Assembly (NCBI GenBank): GCA_043825875.1
Contig: JBDRRF010000046.1
Span: forward strand, 1 to 20,375
Length of the DNA stretch: 20,375 bases
Reading direction: 5' to 3'
Source of the DNA: Pseudomonadota bacterium
GTDB taxonomy: Bacteria > Desulfobacterota > Desulfobacteria > Desulfobacterales > RPRI01
Shown one piece after another: positions 8,269-15,901 of this stretch; the stretch's first letter is position 1, and the number at the start of each line of letters is the position of its first letter. Made by a program: the position numbers and the translations under genes. The notes under the pieces are model-generated. The model saw only the letters and a program-made list of their open reading frames with translations, was not told the origin of the DNA and made no database searches.

Positions 8269-9396
8269 TCAAATATAGACCTGACCCCTATTCCTTCTCG
8301 CATAAAATTCCTGGATTGCCTTTTGGTAGTCAAGCGCCTCCATTGGTAGCGATTTGTAATATTCAAGAGCTTTCTTTATCTCTCCTACATAGAATTCTAT
8401 TCTTTCTGTATCGAATTTTAGTCGAGATGCAACACTGAGCATAGGAACATTATCTTTAACAATATGGATCCAACATTTTTGAGATTGCACCACTGCTTTA
8501 AAAAATGACTGAACATTTTCACTTCTAAGGTCTGGTATAGATTCAAATGATAAAATTGAACCATCGTACCGTTTCCAATCCAAACAAATACGAAGAATTG
8601 GATATGTAGGCATCTCAATGGAATTAAGAAAAAGTTCACAAGAATGGTCTATTTGTTTTTCGTTGGCGTCTTTCATCCGGCAAATTATCGTAGGATCCCC
8701 ATAGATATTGAAAAGGTATATACCTTCACCTCCAAGTGCATAGTATTGGCTAATGGTGGCTGCCAGCGCAAAACCACCAAGTTGCAATGGATTTTCCCTG
8801 ATAATTGGGTCTGCAAATTTTTCTTTGTACTTCGGGTCAGTTGAAACTATCGAATCTCCTACGGCCGATACCCCGGACCAAAGGTTATCTATTTGGCAAG
8901 CACTTTCTGTTGCGGAGCTTTTTTCCCTATAAACCTTATTATTTGAAGAAAATAACTCCTCGAATTCTGAGTCTGCTATTCCCTGAACATAGTCAAATGC
9001 TGTTTTTCCATCTTCATTTCGAATACTTGGGTCGACACCCGCATTTATCAAAATGTGTGCTATCTTATAGAGTTTATCTCTAATAGGCGCAATACTATTT
9101 CCTTGAGTTCTTGCATTATATAGATCCAATGAAAATGCCAAGGCTAAATAATGGAGCAGAGTATTATCTGAGTCGATTTTAACGGTTACATCTGCTCCTT
9201 CCTCAATTAGCCTTTTAACGGCATCTATATCGTGTTCTCCAATAGCAAGGACTATATGCGTTTCCCCGTTACCAGATCCTGAGCATATGGAGTCATTTAC
9301 ATCTTCCCCCTGATTGGGAGCAGGCATATCCGCATCGGTTGCATTTAGAGACTTTTTACGATAATTATCACCAAAAATACGTTTCCAAAAGCTCAT
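8269..9396 (-). CDS. Ankyrin-repeat protein with uncharacterised C-terminal domain
   Basis: Ankyrin-like segments (AVKRLIEEGADV, NTLLHYLA, ILINAGVDPSIRNEDGKTAFD); probable start MSFWKRIFG at 9396 after AAGGA. Confidence 0.7.
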   Translation of the reverse strand: MSFWKRIFGDNYRKKSLNATDADMPAPNQGEDVNDSICSGSGNGETHIVLAIGEHDIDAVKRLIEEGADVTVKIDSDNTLLHYLALAFSLDLYNARTQGNSIAPIRDKLYKIAHILINAGVDPSIRNEDGKTAFDYVQGIADSEFEELFSSNNKVYREKSSATESACQIDNLWSGVSAVGDSIVSTDPKYKEKFADPIIRENPLQLGGFALAATISQYYALGGEGIYLFNIYGDPTIICRMKDANEKQIDHSCELFLNSIEMPTYPILRICLDWKRYDGSILSFESIPDLRSENVQSFFKAVVQSQKCWIHIVKDNVPMLSVASRLKFDTERIEFYVGEIKKALEYYKSLPMEALDYQKAIQEFYARRNRGQVYI

Positions 9397-9414
9397 TATG
9401 GTATCCTTCTTGTT

Positions 9415-9442
9415 GTTTGGCATAACACTTAATATACGTAAT
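9415..9442 (-). other. dif/pdif-like 11-6-11 site
   Basis: ATTACGTATAT-TAAGTG-TTATGCCAAAC; arms 9/11 to ATTTCGTATAA (XerC-type) and 8/11 to TTATGTTAAAT (XerD-type). Confidence 0.4.
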
Positions 9443-9913
9443 ATGTTTTTATTTGATACCGTAAAAAAATCTGTATGAAAAGTGGTTAATTTGTAAAGGA
9501 ATATATAGTTTTTGTCAAATTTTTAGTGTTATGAGGTGTTGCCAAAAATAGGCATTTTGAAGCCAATCAAAGCCCAGTAATGGATTTTGAGCATTCACCA
9601 TCTCATTGTTATAAAAAATTCAAAACCTGACCTTTTTATGAGGCAAAGAGCTGAGCGTTTTGAAATTGGTTCGTTATATTCTGTAATTGCTATTTATTAT
9701 CTGTGAACATGAATTGCGTATAACACAGGATTTTGTCCAATTGATTTTATTTGCTTTGATTACTGAATGAAACATTATAGATCAAAGGCATCTTCCAGGG
9801 TGGTGATTTCAGAAAGCAAAGTTTACAGCAGAAATTTGATATATCAACAAAGACTGTTTACTCATTTTTCTCCCGAAATATTTAATGCCAAGGTGCTATC
9901 AAACATTAAAGAA

Positions 9914-10070
9914 TGTCATTTCGAGGCAATAGCCGAGAAATCTTGAGGCTCTGAAAGAAATAAAAACAAAAGATTTCTCGCTTCGCTTTGAAATGACACA
10001 AAAATGAATTGCTGCACAGTTTCTCGCTCGAAATGACAAATGAGTCGTTATTTCTATTATGGCACAGTCT
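9914..10070. repeat. GTCAT-type palindromic repeat remnants (REP/MITE-like, nested)
   Basis: TGTCATTTCGAG..CGAGAAATCTT (9914-9944) inverted to AAGATTTCTCG..GAAATGACA (9970-9998); extra right arm at 10020-10038. Confidence 0.65.
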
Positions 10071-10231
10071 TCGTAGCAAGAAACCTTATATAGTAAGGGT
10101 TCAGAATCCTCATAAAGAAAACTCATAAAGAAAACAGTTGATTAATTCCATAAATTCATGGGAAAATCCAGGGTGTTTTATAAATCTATTTAAATAATTT
10201 ATGCATACATAAAAACTCAGAGGATACCGCC

Positions 10232-12394
10232 ATGGATAACTTAGAAGCAATTTTTTCGCCAAAATCTGTAGCTGTTATCGGGGCTTCGACCACGCCTGGA
10301 AAAGTCGGGCATGATATTTTTGCCAATATTTTAAAAGGCGGTTTCAAGGGCGTTCTTTATCCGGTTAATCCGGGCGCCAAATCCGTTTTGTGTGTGAGGG
10401 CTTATCCCACCTTAACAGATATACCCGATGAGGTTGATCTTGCTATGATTATTCTGCCTCCTGCTGCAGCCTTAAAAGCCGCCCATGAAGCAATAGAAAA
10501 AAATGTCAAGGGGCTTGTGATAGTGTCAGCAGGCTTTCGGGAGGTCGGAGGCAAAGGGCTTGAAATAGAAAATGAAATAGTATCTGTCTGTAGAAAGGCA
10601 AATGTCAGGGTAGTAGGTCCCAATTGCCTTGGTGTGATAAATCCCAATCCTTTGGTAAAACTTAATGCAAGTTTTTCAACCCGCATGCCTAAATTCGGAA
10701 ATGTATCCTTTATTTCACAAAGTGGTGCCCTTTGTACGGCAGTACTTGATTTTGCCGCAGATATGGATTTTGGTTTTTCAAAATTTATTTCTATAGGAAA
10801 CAAGGCTGATGTGGATGAGCTTGATCTTCTCAAATATCTTCATAAGGATTTAGATACGGAAGTAATAATGATCTATCTTGAAGAACTGCGGCGCGGACCG
10901 GAATTTGTAGAAGAAGTAAAAAAAATCACATTGGGCGATATGAGACCGACACCGATTATAGCCATAAAGTCAGGGCGCACAGGAGCCGGGGCTCTGGCGG
11001 CTGCATCTCATACCGGGGCTTTGGCTGGAACAGAAGCTGTCTATGATGCAATCTTTGAGCAATCCGGTATTATCCGGGTTGATTCAATTCATGAGCTTTT
11101 TGATTATTCAAGTGCATTCGCATCTAAAAATGAAAATGAGCAGGGAAAGCTTAGAGGAAAAGTTCCGGCCGGTAACAGAGTTGCTATTGTAACAAATGCC
11201 GGTGGGCCCGGAATTGTCGCAACCGATATGACAGTTTCTTCTGGCCTGAGACTTGCAAAATTTTCTGAAGAAACGATTGAAGCACTTGCAAGTCATCTTC
11301 CAACAACTGCCAATATCCATAACCCGGTTGATGTAATAGGTGATGCAGCGCAAGACAGATACGAAAATGCGCTTTCTGCTGTGACCAGAGACGAGGGTGT
11401 TGACGGAGCACTTGTAATTTTAACTCCACAGTCAATGACTAACGCTCTTGGTACTGCGGAAGCAATAGCAAAAATCGCCAGGCGATCAAACAAGCCTATA
11501 CTTTGCTGTTTCATGGGTATTTTTGATGTTTCCGCAGGTGTCAAATACTTACAGGAACATGGTATTCCGGTTTTTAAATTTCCTGAAAATGCCGCAAAAG
11601 CGCTTGGGGCGCTTTATAAATATTCTACTTTGCTAAACCGGCAGGAATTAGCGCCATATAGTTTGAAAAATGATAAAAAACGCGCGGAAGAAATTATTGC
11701 CCGCTGCATAGAAGAAGAAAAGTATAAATTAGGTGAACTTGAAAGCAGTGAATTGCTGGAATGCTATGGTTTTAAAACTCTAATTTCCAAACTTGCGACG
11801 ACAAAAGATGAGGCAGCACAAATTGCAGACAATATAACTTTCCCCGTGGCTATGAAAATTGTTTCACCGGATATTCTGCACAAAACGGATGCAGGAGGTG
11901 TGGTGCTTGGGATTAATAATAGAAATGAAGTATTGGAAACATTCGATGATATAATTAAAAAAGCTTTGGAATTTGACAGCAAGGCAAAGATCACAGGCAT
12001 ACTGATTCAGCAGATGGCAAAAAAAGGTGCAGAGGTGATTCTTGGCATGAACCGTTATCCTGTGTTTGGCCCTTTAATGATGGTAGGGCTTGGAGGAATC
12101 TTTGTTGAGCTTTTCCAAGATGTTGTGTTCAGGCTTGCTCCGGTGGAAAGAAACGAAGCAAAAAGGGCGATTCGCCAGATAAAAGGATTCAAATTGTTTA
12201 AAGGTTTCAGGGGAAGACCCATTTGCGATCTTGAATCACTCAACAAGGCATTAGTCAGTTTGTCTGAAATGGCGATTAATCATGACGAAATTATGGAAAT
12301 GGATATAAACCCGATTCTTGTCCATGAAGAAGGTTTTGGCGCAACAGTAGCTGATTGCCGCATAATTCTAAGAAAAGAAGATGCCAAAAAATAA
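10232..12394 (+). CDS. ADP-forming acetate/acyl-CoA ligase, fused alpha-beta subunits
   Basis: CoA-binding VAVIGAS, GPNCLG, SQSGA, phospho-His SHTGALAG, NPVDV, ATP-grasp KIVSPDILHKTDAGGV, EMDINP; no GNAT domain. Confidence 0.92.
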   Translation: MDNLEAIFSPKSVAVIGASTTPGKVGHDIFANILKGGFKGVLYPVNPGAKSVLCVRAYPTLTDIPDEVDLAMIILPPAAALKAAHEAIEKNVKGLVIVSAGFREVGGKGLEIENEIVSVCRKANVRVVGPNCLGVINPNPLVKLNASFSTRMPKFGNVSFISQSGALCTAVLDFAADMDFGFSKFISIGNKADVDELDLLKYLHKDLDTEVIMIYLEELRRGPEFVEEVKKITLGDMRPTPIIAIKSGRTGAGALAAASHTGALAGTEAVYDAIFEQSGIIRVDSIHELFDYSSAFASKNENEQGKLRGKVPAGNRVAIVTNAGGPGIVATDMTVSSGLRLAKFSEETIEALASHLPTTANIHNPVDVIGDAAQDRYENALSAVTRDEGVDGALVILTPQSMTNALGTAEAIAKIARRSNKPILCCFMGIFDVSAGVKYLQEHGIPVFKFPENAAKALGALYKYSTLLNRQELAPYSLKNDKKRAEEIIARCIEEEKYKLGELESSELLECYGFKTLISKLATTKDEAAQIADNITFPVAMKIVSPDILHKTDAGGVVLGINNRNEVLETFDDIIKKALEFDSKAKITGILIQQMAKKGAEVILGMNRYPVFGPLMMVGLGGIFVELFQDVVFRLAPVERNEAKRAIRQIKGFKLFKGFRGRPICDLESLNKALVSLSEMAINHDEIMEMDINPILVHEEGFGATVADCRIILRKEDAKK

Positions 12395-12956
12395 TCCGAT
12401 ATTTCCTGTTATTTTAGCAGTCCCAAAACAGGAAAAAAATCTTAAGGGAAGAAATAAGGTAAAAGCTTTAAGCGCTCTTGCAAGGGAAGCTCTTAAAATA
12501 TCATGTCAAAAAAGTGGAATAATCCCCGGAGAATTTAGTAAAGATCAAAATGAAGCTCCTGTCCCTTTTGACGGAAACTTTTGGTCTATTAGCCATAAAA
12601 GCGAATACGTGGGGGGAGTTGTTTCTAAAAAAGCGACAGGATTGGATATCGAGAAAATCAAGCCTGTTTCAAAAGCTCTTATGAATAAAGTAGCAGATAC
12701 CAGGGAATGGGCGCTTTCGGATTTTGACAAAGAAATCTTGTTTTTCCGGTTCTGGACATCCAAGGAAGCTGTATTAAAAGCATCGGGCAAAGGAATAGTC
12801 GGCCTATCTGATTGCCGTATTGAAAAGATATTAAATGACAAATCTATTATTGTGAGTTACAAAAACAAAACATTAAATGTTGTGCACTATTATTTTGACG
12901 GGCATATTGCATCTGTTGTCGATAACGGTTTTGATGTGGAATGGACTCTTGTATAG
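12381..12956 (+). CDS. 4'-phosphopantetheinyl transferase (Sfp-like)
   Basis: WSISHK, GLDIEK, FFRFWTSKEAVLKASGKG; overlaps the ligase gene by 14 bp. Confidence 0.88.
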   Translation: MPKNNPIFPVILAVPKQEKNLKGRNKVKALSALAREALKISCQKSGIIPGEFSKDQNEAPVPFDGNFWSISHKSEYVGGVVSKKATGLDIEKIKPVSKALMNKVADTREWALSDFDKEILFFRFWTSKEAVLKASGKGIVGLSDCRIEKILNDKSIIVSYKNKTLNVVHYYFDGHIASVVDNGFDVEWTLV

Positions 12957-12989
12957 AAGTCGGCACCATGGTATCGGTGGATGAGCGGT

Positions 12990-13075
12990 GGCGGCATATA
13001 AAATGCCGCCCTACGGAAAATAATGTAGGGCGGGGTTTTATACCCCGCCAAGATAATAGAGTTTTATACCCCGCC
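12990..13075. repeat. GTAG-family REP doublet plus partial third copy
   Basis: Minus GTAG-GGCGGCAT-TTTAT-ATGCCGCC (13014-12990); plus GTAG-GGCGGGGT-TTTAT-ACCCCGCC (13025-13049); partial GTTTTATACCCCGCC (13061-13075). Confidence 0.75.
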
Positions 13076-13117
13076 GCTTTGGTTGGCAAAACCGGGTATC
13101 AAAAAAAATATATAATG

Positions 13118-13260
13118 GAGCCACTTTCAAAACGTTTCAGTTTGGTCAAGCTCAAGGCGGGAGAAGATTTCAACCACAGGAATACATGGAGTATTTCGAG
13201 GATTAAAATTTTCACCCAACGCTTAAGATCGGCCAAAATGGGGCGTTTTGAAACTGGCTC
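13118..13260 (+). mobile_element. 143-bp MITE, copy 1
   Basis: TIRs GAGCCACTTTCAAAACG / CGTTTTGAAACTGGCTC (16/17); flanked by AATG on both sides; second copy at 20238. Confidence 0.85.
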
Positions 13261-13278
13261 AATGGAAAGGAATGAAAT

Positions 13279-14847
13279 ATGGAAGTTACATTTTACGGAG
13301 CAGTTAGAGAAGTTACCGGTTCAATGCATGTTATAACAGCTAATTCCGATAAGATCATGCTTGATTGTGGAATGTTTCAGGGCCGCAGAAAGGACACTGT
13401 ACAAAAAAATAAGGAATTCTCTTTTGACCCAAAATCTATAGTCAATCTTGTTCTTTCTCATGCTCATGTTGATCATTGCGGCAGAATACCGCTTTTGGTT
13501 AAAAACGGTTTTACCGGTCGAATCCTTTGTACAAGGCCAACTGCCGATGTCTGTGCCTTTCTTTTGGCCGATTCAGCCCACATCCAGGAATCTGATGCTA
13601 ACTACTTAAACTATAAAACTCTTAGAAATACTTTACTGTCAAAAAATAATGGAAAAAATAAAAATCACAGAAAGTCCGAAATTGCTTCAATGCTTAAAAC
13701 TGAAGGGCACAAGCTTAATGTTGAAAAGATACATGATCTTATAAAAGAACATGATCTTGAATATATTTCTCCTCTTTATACCATTGAAGATGCGCAAAAT
13801 TCACTGGAGCACTTTGATAGTTATCCTTACCGCACTTCGTTTGAGATTGGACGGGGAATAACAGGGGTACTGTATGAAGCCGGGCATATTCTGGGCTCAG
13901 CTATTCCTTTAATCAAGATAAATGAAAACGGGCGAATATTCAGGATTTGTTATACCGGAGATATCGGAAGATATGACAAGCCCATAATAAGAAATCCATG
14001 TGCCGCTTTTCCTGATGAAGATAAAGATATCGATCTTCTTATTATGGAAAGTACTTATGGTGACAGAGAACATGAGGATATGGAGGATGTAAGACCTCAA
14101 CTGAAAAAAATAATAAATGATACGGTAGAGCGCGGCGGATCAATAGTTATACCTGCTTTTGCGTTTGGAAGAACACAGGAGCTTCTTTATATAATTCATG
14201 AACTCTATCATGGTGGGGAAGTTCCCAGGATTCCGGTATATGTGGACAGCCCTCTTGCTACAAATATAACCAGGGTTTTCGGTGAGCATCCCGAAGTCTA
14301 CAGCAAGGAGACAATGGATACATTTCTTTCAAAAGGCGATAATCCGTTTTCATTCAAAGAGTTAAAATTTGTATCTTCGGTTGATGAATCAATGGTTCTT
14401 ATGAAAGACGAAACACCTCATATAGTACTTTCTGCTTCAGGCATGTGTGAAGCAGGAAGAGTGCTTCATCATCTCCGTTACAAAATTCATAACCCGAAAA
14501 ACACAATTCTTTTAGTGGGCTTTATGGCCCAAAATACACTTGGGCGCCGAATCCATGATCAGGGGCTTGAATACGAAAAATCAGGAAGAAAAGGCGATCC
14601 CCCTATACTTAAATTTTTAAACAAAGAGTATCCTTTAAAAGCGCATGTTGTAAAATTAGGCGCATTTAGTGCTCATGGGGATAAAAATGAAATGCTGCGG
14701 TTCTTGAAAGATTCGAAACTTAAAATCAAAAATATTGCTGTTGTTCATGGTGAAGAAGATCAATCCATAGCTTTTGCCGATTTTTTAAGCGAAAATGGAT
14801 ATTCCGCTTTTGTTCCAGAGAAAGATTATACACTGAAATTGACTTAG
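13279..14847 (+). CDS. MBL-fold metallo-hydrolase with beta-CASP domain (putative RNase)
   Basis: GAVREVTGS, LDCGMFQG, SHAHVDHCG, AGHILGS, TGDIG, MESTYG, PAFAFGRTQE, SASGMCEAGR, FSAHGD. Confidence 0.92.
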   Translation: MEVTFYGAVREVTGSMHVITANSDKIMLDCGMFQGRRKDTVQKNKEFSFDPKSIVNLVLSHAHVDHCGRIPLLVKNGFTGRILCTRPTADVCAFLLADSAHIQESDANYLNYKTLRNTLLSKNNGKNKNHRKSEIASMLKTEGHKLNVEKIHDLIKEHDLEYISPLYTIEDAQNSLEHFDSYPYRTSFEIGRGITGVLYEAGHILGSAIPLIKINENGRIFRICYTGDIGRYDKPIIRNPCAAFPDEDKDIDLLIMESTYGDREHEDMEDVRPQLKKIINDTVERGGSIVIPAFAFGRTQELLYIIHELYHGGEVPRIPVYVDSPLATNITRVFGEHPEVYSKETMDTFLSKGDNPFSFKELKFVSSVDESMVLMKDETPHIVLSASGMCEAGRVLHHLRYKIHNPKNTILLVGFMAQNTLGRRIHDQGLEYEKSGRKGDPPILKFLNKEYPLKAHVVKLGAFSAHGDKNEMLRFLKDSKLKIKNIAVVHGEEDQSIAFADFLSENGYSAFVPEKDYTLKLT

Positions 14848-14848
14848 T

Positions 14849-15769
14849 ATGAAACCTAACTGTAGCGAATTAACACTTTCAGCTGCAATGTTTGCAGTTC
14901 TTCTTTGTATTATTTTTGGCGGAAATTTTGTTGCAATAAAAGTCGGCCTTACAGGAATAGGAACCTTTACTTTAGCTGCATTGCGCTTTACTATTGCATC
15001 TATTTGTATAGCATTGTGGGCTAAAGTAACAGGGCAATCATTTTTATTAAAAAAAGGCCAGCTCCTTTATATAGTTATTTTAACAGCTACTTTTTTCGTA
15101 CAGCTTTCACTTTTTTATATCGGAATGAGCAAAACAAACGCGACCCATGCAACGCTTGTATCAAACTTTGTACCGTTTTTCATACTTATTCTTTCACATT
15201 TTTTTATTCCTGATGACAAAATAACAATAAGAAAATTACTTGGGATACTGCTTGGGTTTCTGGCTATTGTTTTGCTTTTTCTTGAAAAGGAGAAAGGAGC
15301 GTCCAGCCTTAAATCAGGCGATCTTATTATTCTTACGGTAACTTTTATATGGGCTAGTAATACAGTTTTTATTAAAAGAATCATAAACGACTTTAATCCG
15401 TTTCAGATTGTTTTATACCCGATGCTTTTTTCCTTGCCTTTATTTTTTACCGAAGCATTTTTATTGGATGAAAGGATGCTTTTTGATTTAAATCCAAAGG
15501 TGATTGGGGCCTTATTGTATCAGGCTATTATGACCGCCTCATTTGGATTTGTTGCATGGAATTATCTTCTTAAAAATCATGGAGCATCTTCTTTGCATTC
15601 ATTTATATTTATAGTTCCGATTGCCGGAGTTGTTTTTGGCGGATTTCTGCTTTATGAACCAATTACATACCATATAATATTTGCTCTTGTCCTGATTGCT
15701 TCGGGAATTTTGGCGGTGAACTATAAATCTGTTAAAATACCGGCATTTCCATTTAACAGGAATATGTAA
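14849..15769 (+). CDS. EamA/DMT family transporter
   Basis: About 10 hydrophobic segments in two EamA-like halves; starts 1 bp after the MBL stop. Confidence 0.88.
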   Translation: MKPNCSELTLSAAMFAVLLCIIFGGNFVAIKVGLTGIGTFTLAALRFTIASICIALWAKVTGQSFLLKKGQLLYIVILTATFFVQLSLFYIGMSKTNATHATLVSNFVPFFILILSHFFIPDDKITIRKLLGILLGFLAIVLLFLEKEKGASSLKSGDLIILTVTFIWASNTVFIKRIINDFNPFQIVLYPMLFSLPLFFTEAFLLDERMLFDLNPKVIGALLYQAIMTASFGFVAWNYLLKNHGASSLHSFIFIVPIAGVVFGGFLLYEPITYHIIFALVLIASGILAVNYKSVKIPAFPFNRNM

Positions 15770-15816
15770 ATTGCTACATAAGCAAAGGTAAAAGCGGCCC
15801 CCTTAACTTAATTACC

Positions 15817-15870
15817 TCATAACAGAATCCGAACATCTGCGGCTTGTCCGCAGCATGTTTCTTGTTTGAA
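15817..15870 (-). other. Hairpin between convergent genes: degenerate attC-like site or bidirectional terminator
   Basis: Minus AAC-AAGAA-ACATGCTGCGG-ACAAG-CCGCAGATGT-N9-GTTATGA. Confidence 0.4.
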
Positions 15871-15901
15871 TTGAGCATGGTGTCCCCCGATCTCGGTCAT
15901 C

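Noticed and set aside
10060..10074. TGGCAC as a sigma54 promoter for the ligase
   Set aside because: The -12 TTGC is absent (TCGT); better explained as a repeat terminus
9899..10126. 75-aa minus-strand ORF
   Set aside because: Made largely of palindromic repeat DNA; no protein-like features
10109..10134. 13-bp tandem duplication CTCATAAAGAAAA x2
   Set aside because: Real but only two units; most likely replication slippage, no supportable function
12941..13336. 131-aa ORF (and antisense 12847-13089)
   Set aside because: Runs through the REP doublet and MITE and overlaps both neighbouring genes; an artefact of repeat sequence
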